Assembly (NCBI GenBank): GCA_050575255.1
Contig: JBNZDD010013536.1
Location: 284,344 to 348,343, forward strand
Origin: Harriotta raleighana
Lineage: Eukaryota
Direction: 5' to 3'
DNA length: 64,000 nucleotides
Below the pieces are notes generated by a model, which was not told the DNA's origin, did not search any database, and was given only the letters and a program-made list of their open reading frames with translations. Below are positions 1 to 11,160 of this stretch, piece after piece (position 1 is the stretch's first letter; each line of letters starts with the position of its first letter). A program made the position numbers and the translations under genes.

Positions 1-49
1 GAACAGATTTTTTCCTTATTCTCTCATGGTCTTGCTGTTATGTTGACAG

Positions 50-91
50 GAGGAGGATCCACATTTTAGTGATGCAAGAATGGATAGTTGA
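50..91 (+). CDS. possible short alternative terminal exon (EEDPHFSDARMDS*) of an upstream gene
   Basis: Pyrimidine-rich tract followed by TGTTGACAG acceptor at 41-49. Phase-0 frame ends at TGA 89-91. No homology recognised. Confidence 0.2.
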   Translation, partial: EEDPHFSDARMDS

Positions 92-216
92 CATCCACTA
101 CAGCGAATGACAGATTTGCATGTACATTTTACAATAGACTTGAGTAACTTAGATTTTACAATGTCAAAGTTGTTTCTGATACTGTAATGTACATTGTGTA
201 TTCATAAACCCTAGTA

Positions 217-723
217 CAGTAAAAGCAAGTTTATCCGGCACTCGCTGGACCTGGCCAGAGCTAGTTAAATGATTGATCCAATGACGAAAACCCAATACAA
301 AAAGATTAACTTATTTTATCACATACCATATTAATAATAGACTAAATAATAACAGATAATTACAGAATATTGTAGGGGGACTTTATCGTAAATGTTGTAC
401 ACTGTATCATATAAATAATGGACTAAATACATTAATAACAGATACTGTAATAACAGAATATTGTATTAGTACTTTATTATTTTTACTTAATGTCTGCAAT
501 GGCGGCCGCCACGGGAGGAAACAAAATGGCAGCCCAACTTTAAGGCTCTGCTAGCGGCAAGCCAAAATACCTGTCCAATACTCTTATGCTACAATCCATT
601 CATTAAATTCACCTCTGTTGTCCTGGATAAAATTTTGTTTATCGGATGGGGAACTTTTTTTTTGACGTGCCGCTTCTACGGAAATTCCGGTTGATCGAGT
701 CACGGATAAATGAGCTTTTACTG
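217..723. mobile_element. non-autonomous Tc1/mariner-pogo (Tigger-like) MITE, 507 bp
   Basis: Imperfect ~30-bp TIRs (CAGTAAAAGCAAGTTTATCCG... / ...CGGATAAATGAGCTTTTACTG) flanked by TA at 215-216 and 724-725. Internal imperfect tandem duplication ~328-480. Confidence 0.85.
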
Positions 724-901
724 TATATAAGATCTGCTTCAAAGCCAGACTAATTGATTTTCATTTTCAACCCGGTAACTGTTGTTTATTACCTTTGGAG
801 GCATTTCCTAATTTTAGTCCTAAATTATTCCCCATCAATCAAGCGATTCAATGCCTAATCTGAACTACTCTCTGAGCACGTGTTTCAATATGGTATGAAA
901 T

Positions 902-1398
902 NNNNNNNNNNNNNNNNNNNNNNNNNNNNNNNNNNNNNNNNNNNNNNNNNNNNNNNNNNNNNNNNNNNNNNNNNNNNNNNNNNNNNNNNNNNNNNNNNNN
1001 NNNNNNNNNNNNNNNNNNNNNNNNNNNNNNNNNNNNNNNNNNNNNNNNNNNNNNNNNNNNNNNNNNNNNNNNNNNNNNNNNNNNNNNNNNNNNNNNNNNN
1101 NNNNNNNNNNNNNNNNNNNNNNNNNNNNNNNNNNNNNNNNNNNNNNNNNNNNNNNNNNNNNNNNNNNNNNNNNNNNNNNNNNNNNNNNNNNNNNNNNNNN
1201 NNNNNNNNNNNNNNNNNNNNNNNNNNNNNNNNNNNNNNNNNNNNNNNNNNNNNNNNNNNNNNNNNNNNNNNNNNNNNNNNNNNNNNNNNNNNNNNNNNNN
1301 NNNNNNNNNNNNNNNNNNNNNNNNNNNNNNNNNNNNNNNNNNNNNNNNNNNNNNNNNNNNNNNNNNNNNNNNNNNNNNNNNNNNNNNNNNNNNNNNNN
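902..1398. other. assembly gap
   Basis: Run of N. Confidence 1.
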
Positions 1399-1911
1399 GA
1401 TGATAAATAAGTTACACTTCAATATTTTTCCTATTTTCTTGCTTTAATATTATACAGTACATACTACCCACTACTTTCTTTACTAGTATATATCGTATCT
1501 AACAGTCCTCTGGATAAATTGGTCACTCATCTCCTGTTTTTTTATGGGACCTCACTGTGTAGAAAATGGCTCCCATATTTGTTTACAAAAATCAATCTTT
1601 TCACTTGACAATAATTTTGGTAGAGTGCTTTTGAAGTACTTAAAATACAAGTTTTGTCGTTCCTCATTTACAGAGATGAGCCTGACTGGCCGTATTGTGT
1701 TATTGTGCTTTTTTGAGGAATCCTTGATTTGGAAGCCTTTCCTTATTAAGGTATTTCCAATTCAAGACTAATAGTTTTGTTTAAAAAAAATCTATAGTTT
1801 TGGGCAATTCTGGTTGAAATTGTCCCAAATCGGAAGCATTCTTGTCTTTGGGTCACAAAATTGTGGGTGAAAGTCGCTTGTTGAAATTCACTTCATAATT
1901 CAATGCATTTT

Positions 1912-1970
1912 GGTGCAGACTCGATGGGCCAAATGGCCTACTTCTGCATTGTAAATTTCTATCATTCTAT
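1912..1970 (+). mobile_element. CR1-type LINE/SINE 3' tail
   Basis: GCAGACTCGATGGGCCAAATGGCCTACTTCTGCA...TTTCTATCATTCTA, typical CR1 3' stem plus ATTCTAT-like terminal repeat. Confidence 0.7.
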
Positions 1971-1987
1971 TAGAGGTTTACAGTTTT

Positions 1988-2280
1988 TACTCTTCAGATG
2001 AGATGTTAAATTGAAGTTCTGTCTACCTGTTCGGATGCATGTTAAAGATCCCATGTCACTATTCAAAAAACAAGAGAGTTTCTCTCTGCATCCTGGCCAA
2101 CAGACCCANTACTCTTCAGATGAGATGTTAAATTGAAGTTCTGTCTACCTGTTCGGATGAATGTTAAAGATCCCATGTCACTATTCAAAAAAACAAGAGA
2201 GTTTCTCTCTGCATCCTGGCCAACAGACCCGNATTCAAAAAACAAGAGAGTTTCTCTCTGCATCCTGGCCAACAGACCCA
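1988..2280 (+). mobile_element. Deu-domain SINE fragment (AmnSINE/SacSINE-like core), artefactually duplicated around single Ns
   Basis: TTCAGATGAGATGTTAAA...AAAGATCCCATGTCACTATTC...TCCTGGCCAAC matches the DeuSINE core from recall. Repeated across N at 2109 and 2232. Confidence 0.7.
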
Positions 2281-2287
2281 GATATAA

Positions 2288-2480
2288 AATAATAATAATA
2301 ATCCTTGCATTTGATATAGCGCTTTTCACATCTTATCGACGTCCCAAAGCGCTTCACAGAATATACTGTAAAGTGAATTGACTGTATATTTGTGGGCGAA
2401 TATACTATAATGCTCATTAACTGTATGATTTGTTTATGGGACAGTGCTGTGCACAAATCGGCTGCCACATTCACCTACAA
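2288..2480 (-). mobile_element. tRNA-headed SINE family 1, 3' part
   Basis: Reverse complement of family tail ...GCGCTATATCAAATGCAAGGATTATTATT. Confidence 0.8.
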
Positions 2481-2987
2481 ATAAAGTGATTATATTTTAC
2501 AGGAGCTCTGTGAAGCTCTCTGAGACACCTTGATTTTATTTGAAGCAATTTATCAAATGCAAGGATTACTATTATTGTTAACAAATTAAAAGATAAAAAA
2601 TTTACGATGGGATTTCAGGCCTAGTTTTGTGCTTCAACTTTGAATTAGNTCTGAGACACCTTGATTTTATTTGAAGCAATTTATCAAATGCAAGGATTAT
2701 TATTACTATTATTGTTAACAAATTAAAAGATAAAAATTTTACGATGGGATTTCAGGCCTAGTTTTGTGCTTCAACTTGGAATTAATAATATAATGCACTT
2801 TAATAACCAATATTAGACTGAACACCTGGGTGAGATAAATGCTTGGATATTATGTAAAGGGCACGGGAGCAAATGAGAGAGTGGGATTAGATTGTCTGAT
2901 TTGGAGGAAAAATACTACCACTGACTCGATTGGCTAAATTGCCTGCTTTTCTTGGACTGTAACATTCTTTGTACATTGATTTCCCAG

Positions 2988-3059
2988 TCTCCCAGTAACA
3001 GCAGCTTTTGACTACATCCTTCCACATGGAGGAGCAGTTCGGATCAGGAAGCGAGTGGG
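2988..3059 (+). CDS. candidate internal exon of unidentified gene
   Basis: Acceptor TTGATTTCCCAG (AG 2986-2987; alternative CAG at 2999-3001 and 3002-3004). Donor GG|GTGAGG at 3059/3060. Frame QLLTTSFHMEEQFGSGSEW ends phase 1, compatible with the exon at 6073. Confidence 0.5.
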
Positions 3060-3306
3060 GTGAGGGGGGCGAAGAACCATCTGCTCGCTGCCCCAATCGT
3101 GTTTGATTTTTATTGCACCTGTAGGTGTAGAATGTAGATTCCCCCTCTATCCGCAGTACACGTAAGGGCGAGTATCTTCAATCTAAAAGACCATCCTTCA
3201 TTCCATCTAGATAACACTTTAAAAAAAAAAAAAATAACAGAAAATATAGCCTCGCACCTTATAGGACTGAGATATTTAAAGTGTAGTATTATTTTCCCTC
3301 CCACAG

Positions 3307-3472
3307 AGACCGGCTGTTTCAACTCAGCAACAGTCAATTGGCGCAGACATTTCCCTGCTCAGCACCAAGGACAAGAAGAGACCTCGATCTGCATGATTTC
3401 TTACAGAACTGCTTGCTGATGGGTCTTGTGACTGACGTCGGCTGCTCAGACTGTGGAGATCTGAAACGGCAG
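3307..3472 (+). CDS. candidate alternative exon of the same gene
   Basis: Strong acceptor ATTTTCCCTCCCACAG ending 3306. Unique, CpG-retaining sequence. Weak donor CAG|GTCTCT followed by G-runs at 3538-3572. One frame is open throughout (DRLFQLSNSQLAQ...CGDLKRQ). Confidence 0.4.
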
Positions 3473-4014
3473 GTCTCTGTGGAGAAGGAAAATAGCGCTA
3501 ACGGTTTACAAGATGTTTTACAAGATAGACGTTTTCTGGGTGTGTGTGGGTGGGGGGGGTGGATGGGGGCGGAAGGTGCACAGAAATACTTTACTGTGAA
3601 GGGCTTCCCCCTCCCACCCTTGCTCTCACCTTCTCTTGAAGGACATAACCACTGACTGTTCCATTCTACCTCAATGAACGTCCTACTTAAAGAAATTGTT
3701 ATGCTGTTCACTTGCTGGCTGCATGTCCCTTGTTGGCCTCAAGTGTAACGTGGGCGTTCCACTTGAAACCAATTATTTTATTAAATTGCTGGAGCCTTGG
3801 GAGAACTGCAGTGTTACTAGTTGCATGACTGCCACCGATTACAGACCTTTCATTTATTATATGGGGTCGGAATATCCTGGTATATGCTGTATTAAACTAC
3901 GCCTCCATGTTTTAATTCATACTTCAGTATCTGTATTTATTCACAAGAGGATTGAGAGACAGACTTTCAGCTCTTTAGGTTTCATCCTTTCAGAATACCA
4001 GTGCCAGAGCTCTT

Positions 4015-4210
4015 TCTAGCCTGTGCCTCACACGCTCTCAAATAAGATAAGCAGGATGCATCCCTCCGGGGAGAGAGTGCGCGTTGTATTGCAATACGCA
4101 GGAATTTCTATCTGGAGGTGGTTTGCAAGGAACTCTTAGTCGGTTTGGATACTCTCATGAATGGTGATGATTTCGACATGTGTCAGACGCCCGGCTGACC
4201 AAAACAAAAA
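4015..4210 (+). repeat. module B of unclassified interspersed repeat
   Basis: Aligns by eye to 19190-19415 and 21650-21875 (TAAGCAGG..ATCCCTCC..GGTTTGGATACTC..TGTCAGAC..GCTGACCAAAA). Confidence 0.7.
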
Positions 4211-4571
4211 GTATCTTGCTCCAGATTGTTACCAACAAGTATAATTAAGCTACTCTCAGATAAAAAACTTCTAATGGCAAACCAAAAACTAAAAAAACTA
4301 CAGAAATTGAAAGTCTTTGTACCTTCTAATGGGTAAGTGATCTGTACCAGTGATTACGTTATAGTGTGTAAAATTGATTGCCTACAAAATAGTATCTGAA
4401 AATTATAACGGATCCTATGATACACTATAATATTTCATTCAGCCCATCAAGCCTGCTCTATCATTAAGTTTATGGTAATCCCTTAATTTTGTTATCCTAT
4501 TTTTTTCATGTGCTTTAATATTCTTGCTTAACAAATATCTATATCTTTTGAATGCTACAATCGTCTGTATC

Positions 4572-4870
4572 TAATAATAACAATAATCCTTGGATTTGCT
4601 ACAGCGCTTTATCATCTTCAAGACATCTCAAAGCACTTCACAGAGTATACTGTAAGATGAATTGACTGTATATTTTGTGGAAGAAACCTGGCAGCCAAAT
4701 GCGCACAGCAGTGTCCCACAAACAGTCGAGGATTGAATTGACCAATTTTTTTTTGAAGGAATTATTCCCCTCGGAAAAATGATCCGCCAATCGACTTACA
4801 ATCGAGTTCCTACTTACTGCTTGGTAAACAGAAGCGCGAAGAGTAAGGAAACTTGCCCAACATTTCGCCC
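4572..4870 (-). mobile_element. SINE family 1
   Basis: Family tail and body in reverse orientation, with a short internal insertion. Confidence 0.8.
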
Positions 4871-4914
4871 TGTGGTTCTGAAATATGAGTCTTACAAAAG
4901 GAGATATCAATCTT

Positions 4915-5250
4915 GAAAAGTGGATGTCTTAGGACGTGTGGAGGTATACAAAATTAGATTAAGAAAATGAATGCAGAGGAAACCTTTCAGGTACTGTATA
5001 TTGAGATGGCAGAACAAGAAGAAATAAGTTTAGGATTTAGAAGGGCAATTTCAGGACAGAAGTATATCTTTACGCAGAAGGGAATTTATGACTGGACCAG
5101 ATTACAAAAAGGGTGATTGTTGCCAGGATGCTGTACTCATTTAGAAGCCAGCTTGATTGTGTAGGATGGTATGGGGGGTGGGTGGGGGGAAGGGGGTTAT
5201 AATGGAAGCATGAGATTTATTGGGCTGAAGGATGTTCTTCAGCCAATACT
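4915..5250 (+). mobile_element. degenerate CR1 LINE 3' end
   Basis: GAGGTATACAAAATT...AGAACAAG...TTTACGCAGAAGG...TGGGCTGAAGG resembles the CR1 ORF2 C-terminus and 3' UTR. Confidence 0.6.
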
Positions 5251-5760
5251 CTCTTGTGACATTTCAGATGACACCTTTTTGTCAGAAGTAAGAGTTGATT
5301 GTAGGTAGGGTATCTGTCCCATTAAAGAAACAATTTGATGTTGTAAATGGAAGGATCATTTTGCATTTCACAGCAGGTCCACCTTGTTCTCGCATTGAAG
5401 GATCTGTTGAATGGAAGTTAGACTGCTTAATAATAAATTGTCAATGAGTATGAGGCATTAAACAGCTTCACTCTCAAACCACAACCAGATGGCCAAGATA
5501 ATCAGTGTGTTTTTTGGGGGGTGGGAGAGATACAGGTGGGAAAAATATTGGTCAAAATAACAGGATAGTTCCCCATTCTCCTTGGCTTCCTTCTCCATTC
5601 TTCAGAATAGAGAACTTTACTTTGGAACTCTTTAGTCTGTCTAAAGTCAGTTTAATAACAATCCTTGCATTTGATATAGCGCCTTATCACATCAACAAGG
5701 TATCTCAAAGCGCTTCACAGAATATTGTGAAGCAATTCACAGGGCGTAACTCCCCAACAA

Positions 5761-5900
5761 TGCACTTGTAAATTATGCACTGCGCTTTGAGAAAGATATA
5801 CTGTACTAGAGAAACAGGCTGTTTCCATGCTGCACTTGTAAATTATGCACTGCGCTTTGAGAAAGATATACTGTACTAGAGAAACAGGCTGTTTCCATGC
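5761..5900. repeat. exact 70-bp tandem duplication
   Basis: 5761-5830 is identical to 5831-5900. Confidence 0.95.
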
Positions 5901-6072
5901 CAGATTCCCAAGCTGCTCCTAGTTCATGCTTTGTGTAACTATTCAAACTGTAGGATTGTTGGCTTCCTTTGCAAATGTCGAATTCTTTTACCATTCAGTT
6001 GATATGACACTGTGATGAATTGCCCGAAAGTAACCTATTCGTAAATGGATCTATTTAAAATATTGTTTTCAG

Positions 6073-6194
6073 TTGTGAGAACTAAACCTGACTCGGTAGA
6101 AGACGGAACCAGATCTGCTGATGAGGAGAGGGAAGAGAGCTTGAACGTACGCCAAAGACTTATCGAGTCTCAGATTGGTAGTTCAAACTGTTAA
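6073..6194 (+). CDS. candidate terminal coding exon (VVRTKPDSVEDGTRSADEEREESLNVRQRLIESQIGSSNC*)
   Basis: Acceptor TATTGTTTTCAG ending 6072. Purine-rich, codon-like composition. TAA at 6192-6194 followed by UTR-like sequence and AATAAA signals. Protein family not recognised. Confidence 0.6.
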
Positions 6195-6460
6195 AAAAGG
6201 AAATGACCAGTTTGCACCCTGACCCCAATCACCAGACATTGAACAGCTGTACAAAGCAAACTGCGGATTTGTTGGAGGTCAAACGTGCTGTTAAAAGTCA
6301 CATTGCGTTCCCTTCAGTTTCATTGTTTTGTTATTTGGAAGAAAGAACAATTGGTGTGCACTTTTGTCTGATATTATCTTGTTTCTTACCTTTTATTAGA
6401 GTTTGTACAATTGTTATTTTGGTCTGAATGGTGAGTGTGCATGTGAGGAGAATGCAGATT

Positions 6461-6567
6461 AATAAACCTAATTTATTGGATTGAAGCAGCAAGACAGAAG
6501 CTGCATACTGGAGGTGTTGCACTCACAAGCATATTTTATGTATTTATATTAAGATTGTTTGAATAAA
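6461..6567 (+). terminator. proximal polyadenylation signals
   Basis: AATAAA at 6461-6466 and 6562-6567, downstream of the candidate stop codon. Confidence 0.35.
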
Positions 6568-6589
6568 GCAATCATTATCGTTGTTGCTG

Positions 6590-6965
6590 AGGATACTCAC
6601 CTTTAAAGCCCTCCATGACGTTGTCCCACCCTACCTCTGCGATCTCCTTACTCTCTACCAAACTGTCCGCTCCCTCCGCTCAGTGGACTCCGGCCTGCTC
6701 CATTTCCCCCGACCCACCCACCCCACCATCGGCGGGCGAGCCTTCAGCCACTCAGCCCCTAACCTTTGGAATTCCATTCCCACAATCCCTCCACCTCAAG
6801 ACCCCCCCTTCAACCATGCGATCGATCAACCCCCTTCCCCTGCCTTCCCTCCACCCTCCCTGATCCCGACCCCAGCTTGGGTCCAAAACACTGACTGTCC
6901 AGCGCCTTGGGACATCCTCCCGATGTGAAATGGCACTAAACAAATGTCATTTTGTTTGTTGTTGT
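6590..6965 (+). mobile_element. L2 LINE 3' end
   Basis: Translation ILTFKALHDVVPPYLCDLL...GGRAFSHSAPNLWNSIP (L2 ORF2 C-terminus). Tail CAGCGCCTTGGGACATCCTCCCGATGTGAAA...(TTG)n. Confidence 0.9.
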
Positions 6966-9912
6966 ATTCCTGAGTGGAGTGAAGCTGCTAACTGCTTTGG
7001 TACTGATACAGAAAAAAAAACTAGTTGCTACTGACTGAACAAATTTGAGATGCAGAGATCGATTTCTGTCTCTCAGTAGCCCATTTGAAGAGGCCCTCAA
7101 ATTTGATACAGGGTCACTTACTCTTGATGTCACCTCATCATTCAGGTTGTTTTTCAGAGAACATGCTGGTCATTCTAACTATTTACTCACAAACCAAACT
7201 TGCACTCCTCAAAAAATACAGTAGTGCAACCTTGTCCAATCCAGCATGATCCAGCATGTACATTTTACATTTTATAAGATTGTGAATTTGACATAAAGTC
7301 CTGCGCCACGTATACAGTCTCATCTTTCAAATCCATTCGTGGTTTTGTAATTCTCATGTATTATTGAGACCAGATGCAGTGGCTGGAAACAATATTAGAC
7401 ACTTGTAACCTAGGTGTTTCCCAAACCTCCTCACAATATGAGGTTACTTGTTTTAAGGTTTATAAAAGTTTACTGTAGAATTCAGAAATTATGCCTGTAA
7501 TTGTCTGGTATTGTATATTTTTGTATCAAAAGCCTGTTTTGCCAATTGTTTTTTGTCTTGTCCTAGAAGAATGACTGTTTTTAGATTTGTACTGCCTTTG
7601 TTGTTTTGAAAGGAAAACATGACATTCGGAAACTCATATCTCCATTTGAATTATACACTGAGTCTTTGCAACAGATTCCAGCTCATGTACGCGATTTCTA
7701 CATTGTCATTTTTTTTTTTAAAAAGGAACATTGTAAATTTTTTCAATACTGTATTGAATTTACTTTTAAAATTGCAAAAAAGTTTGAAGTTTGTGTCGTG
7801 CTGCTTTACGGCTCGGTGCCTGCATGTGAAGTATTTATTGGGAGTTGTGCAGAGGTCGGCCAAAATTTGCTGTTAAAAATGTCTTGCGTTTACCTCCAAC
7901 GCATCCCTTAATTAATGTTAAACTCACATAACTGTCACTAAATTGTAGGCCGGAAATTCCACCGAGTGTTCATTCACCCGAAAGACCATTTTACCTTTAC
8001 AATACAAATTCATAGCGCTTTTCAAGTCTGCAGGACTGTTCTCTGCGTACAGTGGAATAACGGAAAATATATATTTTCCCACAAAAATGTATGTACAGTG
8101 TTTAAAAGTGGATGTATTTACACAAAATTACAAATCAAACTGACCATTAATTATGCCACAGGAGAGGAAGAAAGTAGAACTACCTGCCCCTGAACAAAAC
8201 TGCAAAATGGTTTGCTACACTTAGTATACTATTTGAAACTGCAGCAGTATTAGTTGCCTAGCTAATCTCTCTCTTCTAACACCCCCTCCCCGGCACCCAT
8301 AATGTCCTCTGTAGATTTTACAGAGCTGTTTAGATGCTGAAAATAGATTGATTGTTGGAGACATCAGTTGCCCTGAACCAAAGGACACTGGCCTATTAAA
8401 AGCCATTTAGTTTTACCTCATTTTATTTATATAATACTTTACTTTTATATCTTAAGATGGTGCTGAGTGGAACAAGCTAGAATCATATTGAAATTGTGTT
8501 TTTTTTCCTCCGTAATTGTGCCCAATTAGCAGTTCGTTCTTAAAAAAAATGCAGATTTTACACATTTTGATTGTCAGCAGGCATTTTAATCTCTCGTGAA
8601 AGGGATTTTTTTTTTTTTTTGTGAGGATGAGTTGCCTTAACAGTGGGGTCTGTTTATTTGTCCATCCGTCCGTGAACAGTGGTGTAAAATTGGCTTCATC
8701 AAAATTTAGCTAAACTTTGTGGAAGACTGACTGACTCTGCAGAAAACCTTTCTGCGTATTTACCTAGGGAATATAAATTATTAAAAAATCAGGGGAGTTG
8801 GGTATCAAAGCTGTGTATAAATCATATACTAGTGCAGACTACTGTGGAATCCTTATATATAGCACTTGTCTTTTGTGAGGTTGTGAGCAGTGCTTGCCAT
8901 GCCTTACACTGCTGTGCTTTTAACTTCTTCAATCTGGAAGTGCATCTTCCGAAGCAAATTGCATTTCATAACATGCTTTCCAGCATTTAGGCATCAGCAG
9001 ACTGGCACTAAGTGACCTGTAAACAAAGGTCAATTAAAAACGTTTTATCCTAATATATAATATAGTAGATTAAAATAACAAAAATGTAATATCGAGTGCC
9101 TACTGACCTGGAAACATTGACATAATTAAAATTTAACATGAGACCATTTTAAATGTTCAAAAGTGTACTGCAGCCATTCTGTTAAATGGACCTTTTGGAA
9201 TAGATCTATTGAACATGGTATCAGTGATTAAATCAGCATCCTTCCTACCACAGATATATTGTGAGGGACTGTCATTGATGAAACAATTTAACCCTAAGTT
9301 AAAAGAGACAATATTATCAGCCAGAGAGAGATACTGACATAAAATAATAATTGAGATTTGAAACCAAGCAAAAAAAAATATCATTAGCCACTATGAACTA
9401 TGATTTGAAAAACACAGAAATTGTCAGGCTGATAGAAAGGGAGTGTTTCCCATACAGATTTGTGCATTGTATGATTGGGGATGCTTGTAAGATGTTAGAA
9501 AATAAAGCTTTCCTGTATATGTCGAGATCCCAAACATTATATGTACTGGCATTGAAATGTATATGTCAGTGTAATAGACCCATTGTTGCCTGTGTGAATT
9601 GTACCACATCCATTTTAATTTTAGGCCCTGATAATATATGAATTTTCTCCAGTGATTGTACAGGAATTGTTTAAAAAATGATTCATAAAGTTGGTTACCC
9701 AAAAGCTGAAAATAATCTCTTTTTATAAGAACAGTGATTAAAAAGCTCTATAAACCAGTACATGATGTACTATGGGCATGTGGGTATGTCAAAAAACCAG
9801 TATGACTATTAAAGCAAAGAAGTCTATTTGTTTCATACCAAAGGACTTTAGATGATACTTAAAATATTGGAAACACAATTGTATTATGTAATTGATTTAT
9901 ATTATGGAGTTC

Positions 9913-10095
9913 TGTAGAGTAGGAGCTAGCACAAGCTAGAAGACCCAGGTTTGATTCCCTGGCAGGGTGAAACTAGGTAAGGTTTTTTTACTCCACATAC
10001 GTCTGTTCGACGAGCAGTAATTTGGTCAATCACTCCATATCAGTTTGTGGGACATTTCTCTAAGCAATTGGCTGCTACGTTTCACCCCCAAAATA
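9913..10095 (+). mobile_element. SINE family 1, degenerate
   Basis: CCCAGGTTTGATTCCCTGGCAGGGTGAAAC head and CAATTGGCTGCTACGTTTCACCC body. Confidence 0.65.
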
Positions 10096-10331
10096 ACACC
10101 CAACAAATCATTATGTTAAATTTTTACCTGTACAGTTTAACAATTGTATATTGCCAGCCTCCTGTTGTACATAAACTTTAGCTGGTCATTGGAGAAATTG
10201 TGTTAAAAATCATATTCTTTTGTATGTACAGTACATTTGTTTTTCTTAAACAGTTTGACTGTTTTAAATTCCCAGTTGTTTATCTGTAACTTTTTTTTTG
10301 TGAAAATAGTGATTTCCATTTAATTTATATC

Positions 10332-10394
10332 AATAAAGATGGGTACAGTGAATTAGGACCAGTTCTTTGATTTGTTTTATCTTTGGTCAATAAA
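10332..10394 (+). terminator. distal polyadenylation signals
   Basis: AATAAA at 10332-10337 and 10389-10394, preceded by U-rich sequence with several TGTA motifs (TGTACATA 10166-10173). Confidence 0.4.
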
Positions 10395-10654
10395 GTGTAG
10401 ATTTCTTCCTCGATGAGATGTCACTTCCAATTGCACTTGGCAAATTTTATGTGCTGTATGTAGTCCTCTCTAGTTATCCAGTAAAAAAAACATTTGAAGA
10501 ATTCATGGATAATGTATGCAGAACTGAAACAGCTACTTGAGTATTTTTTGTTAAATACTCAAAATGTATCCATATATACATACACACCACACACACGTAT
10601 GTATACATATAAGCTCACACACACATGCATGCACTTACATACAATACAATATGG

Positions 10655-10931
10655 AGTCCTGTAGCTCAGTGGTTAGAGCACTCGCCTTACAAGCGAGAGA
10701 CCTGGGTTCAATTCCAGGCAGGGCGAGACTTTAGGTAAATTTCCTTACTCTACATGCCTAATAATAATCCCTCAAAAAAACATTGGTCACAACTGTTTGT
10801 TGTCACTGCAATTGGCTGCTGTGTTTCGCCCACAAACATACAGTCAATTCACTTTACAGTATATTCTGTGAAGCGATTTGAGACATCTAGAAGACGTGAA
10901 AAGCGCTACATCAAATGCAAGGATTATTATT
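10655..10931 (+). mobile_element. SINE family 1, near full length (tRNA-like head, L2-type tail)
   Basis: Pol III A box TAGCTCAGTGG and B box GGTTCAATTCC, anticodon-like TAC at 10688-10690, tail TGTGAAGCG...AAATGCAAGGATTATTATT. Confidence 0.9.
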
Positions 10932-10934
10932 AGT

Positions 10935-11160
10935 ATACAAATTTACATTTATAAAGTGGATTTCACATTCAGAGGATGTACCAAGGTGCATGAAGGTCCT
11001 GGCTTGTCATCGCCTGAGCTAGAGATGGCAGCTGAGGAGGACAGTGAAGGGAAAGGTGATCGAAGAGGACGGTCTTCTGTTGGACTTTGAGATAAGTGAT
11101 GGAAGGGGCTAGTCGGAAGGACTCCAGGATGAAATTCCAGACAATGTGGGCAAATAACAA
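10935..11160 (-). mobile_element. old L2 3' end
   Basis: Reverse complement reads ...GTCTGGAATTTCATCC...CCTCTTCGATCACC...CACCTTGGTACATCCTCTGAATGTGAAA, matching the other L2 tails. Confidence 0.6.

Noticed and set aside
865-1422. Long ORFs across the first gap (likewise 43257-44195)
   Set aside because: Made of N runs. Only the CR1 RT portion at 44156-44292 is real.
4101-4197. Exon-like frame NFYLEVVCKELLVGLDTL after a CAG
   Set aside because: Lies within module B of the interspersed repeat; poor polypyrimidine tract.
10656-10725. tRNA-Val(TAC) gene
   Set aside because: Continues directly into a SINE body and tail, has a shortened T arm, and occurs in many diverged copies.
10972-11090. Exon-like purine-rich ORF (PELEMAAEEDSEGKG)
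   Set aside because: It is the antisense strand of an old L2 3' end.
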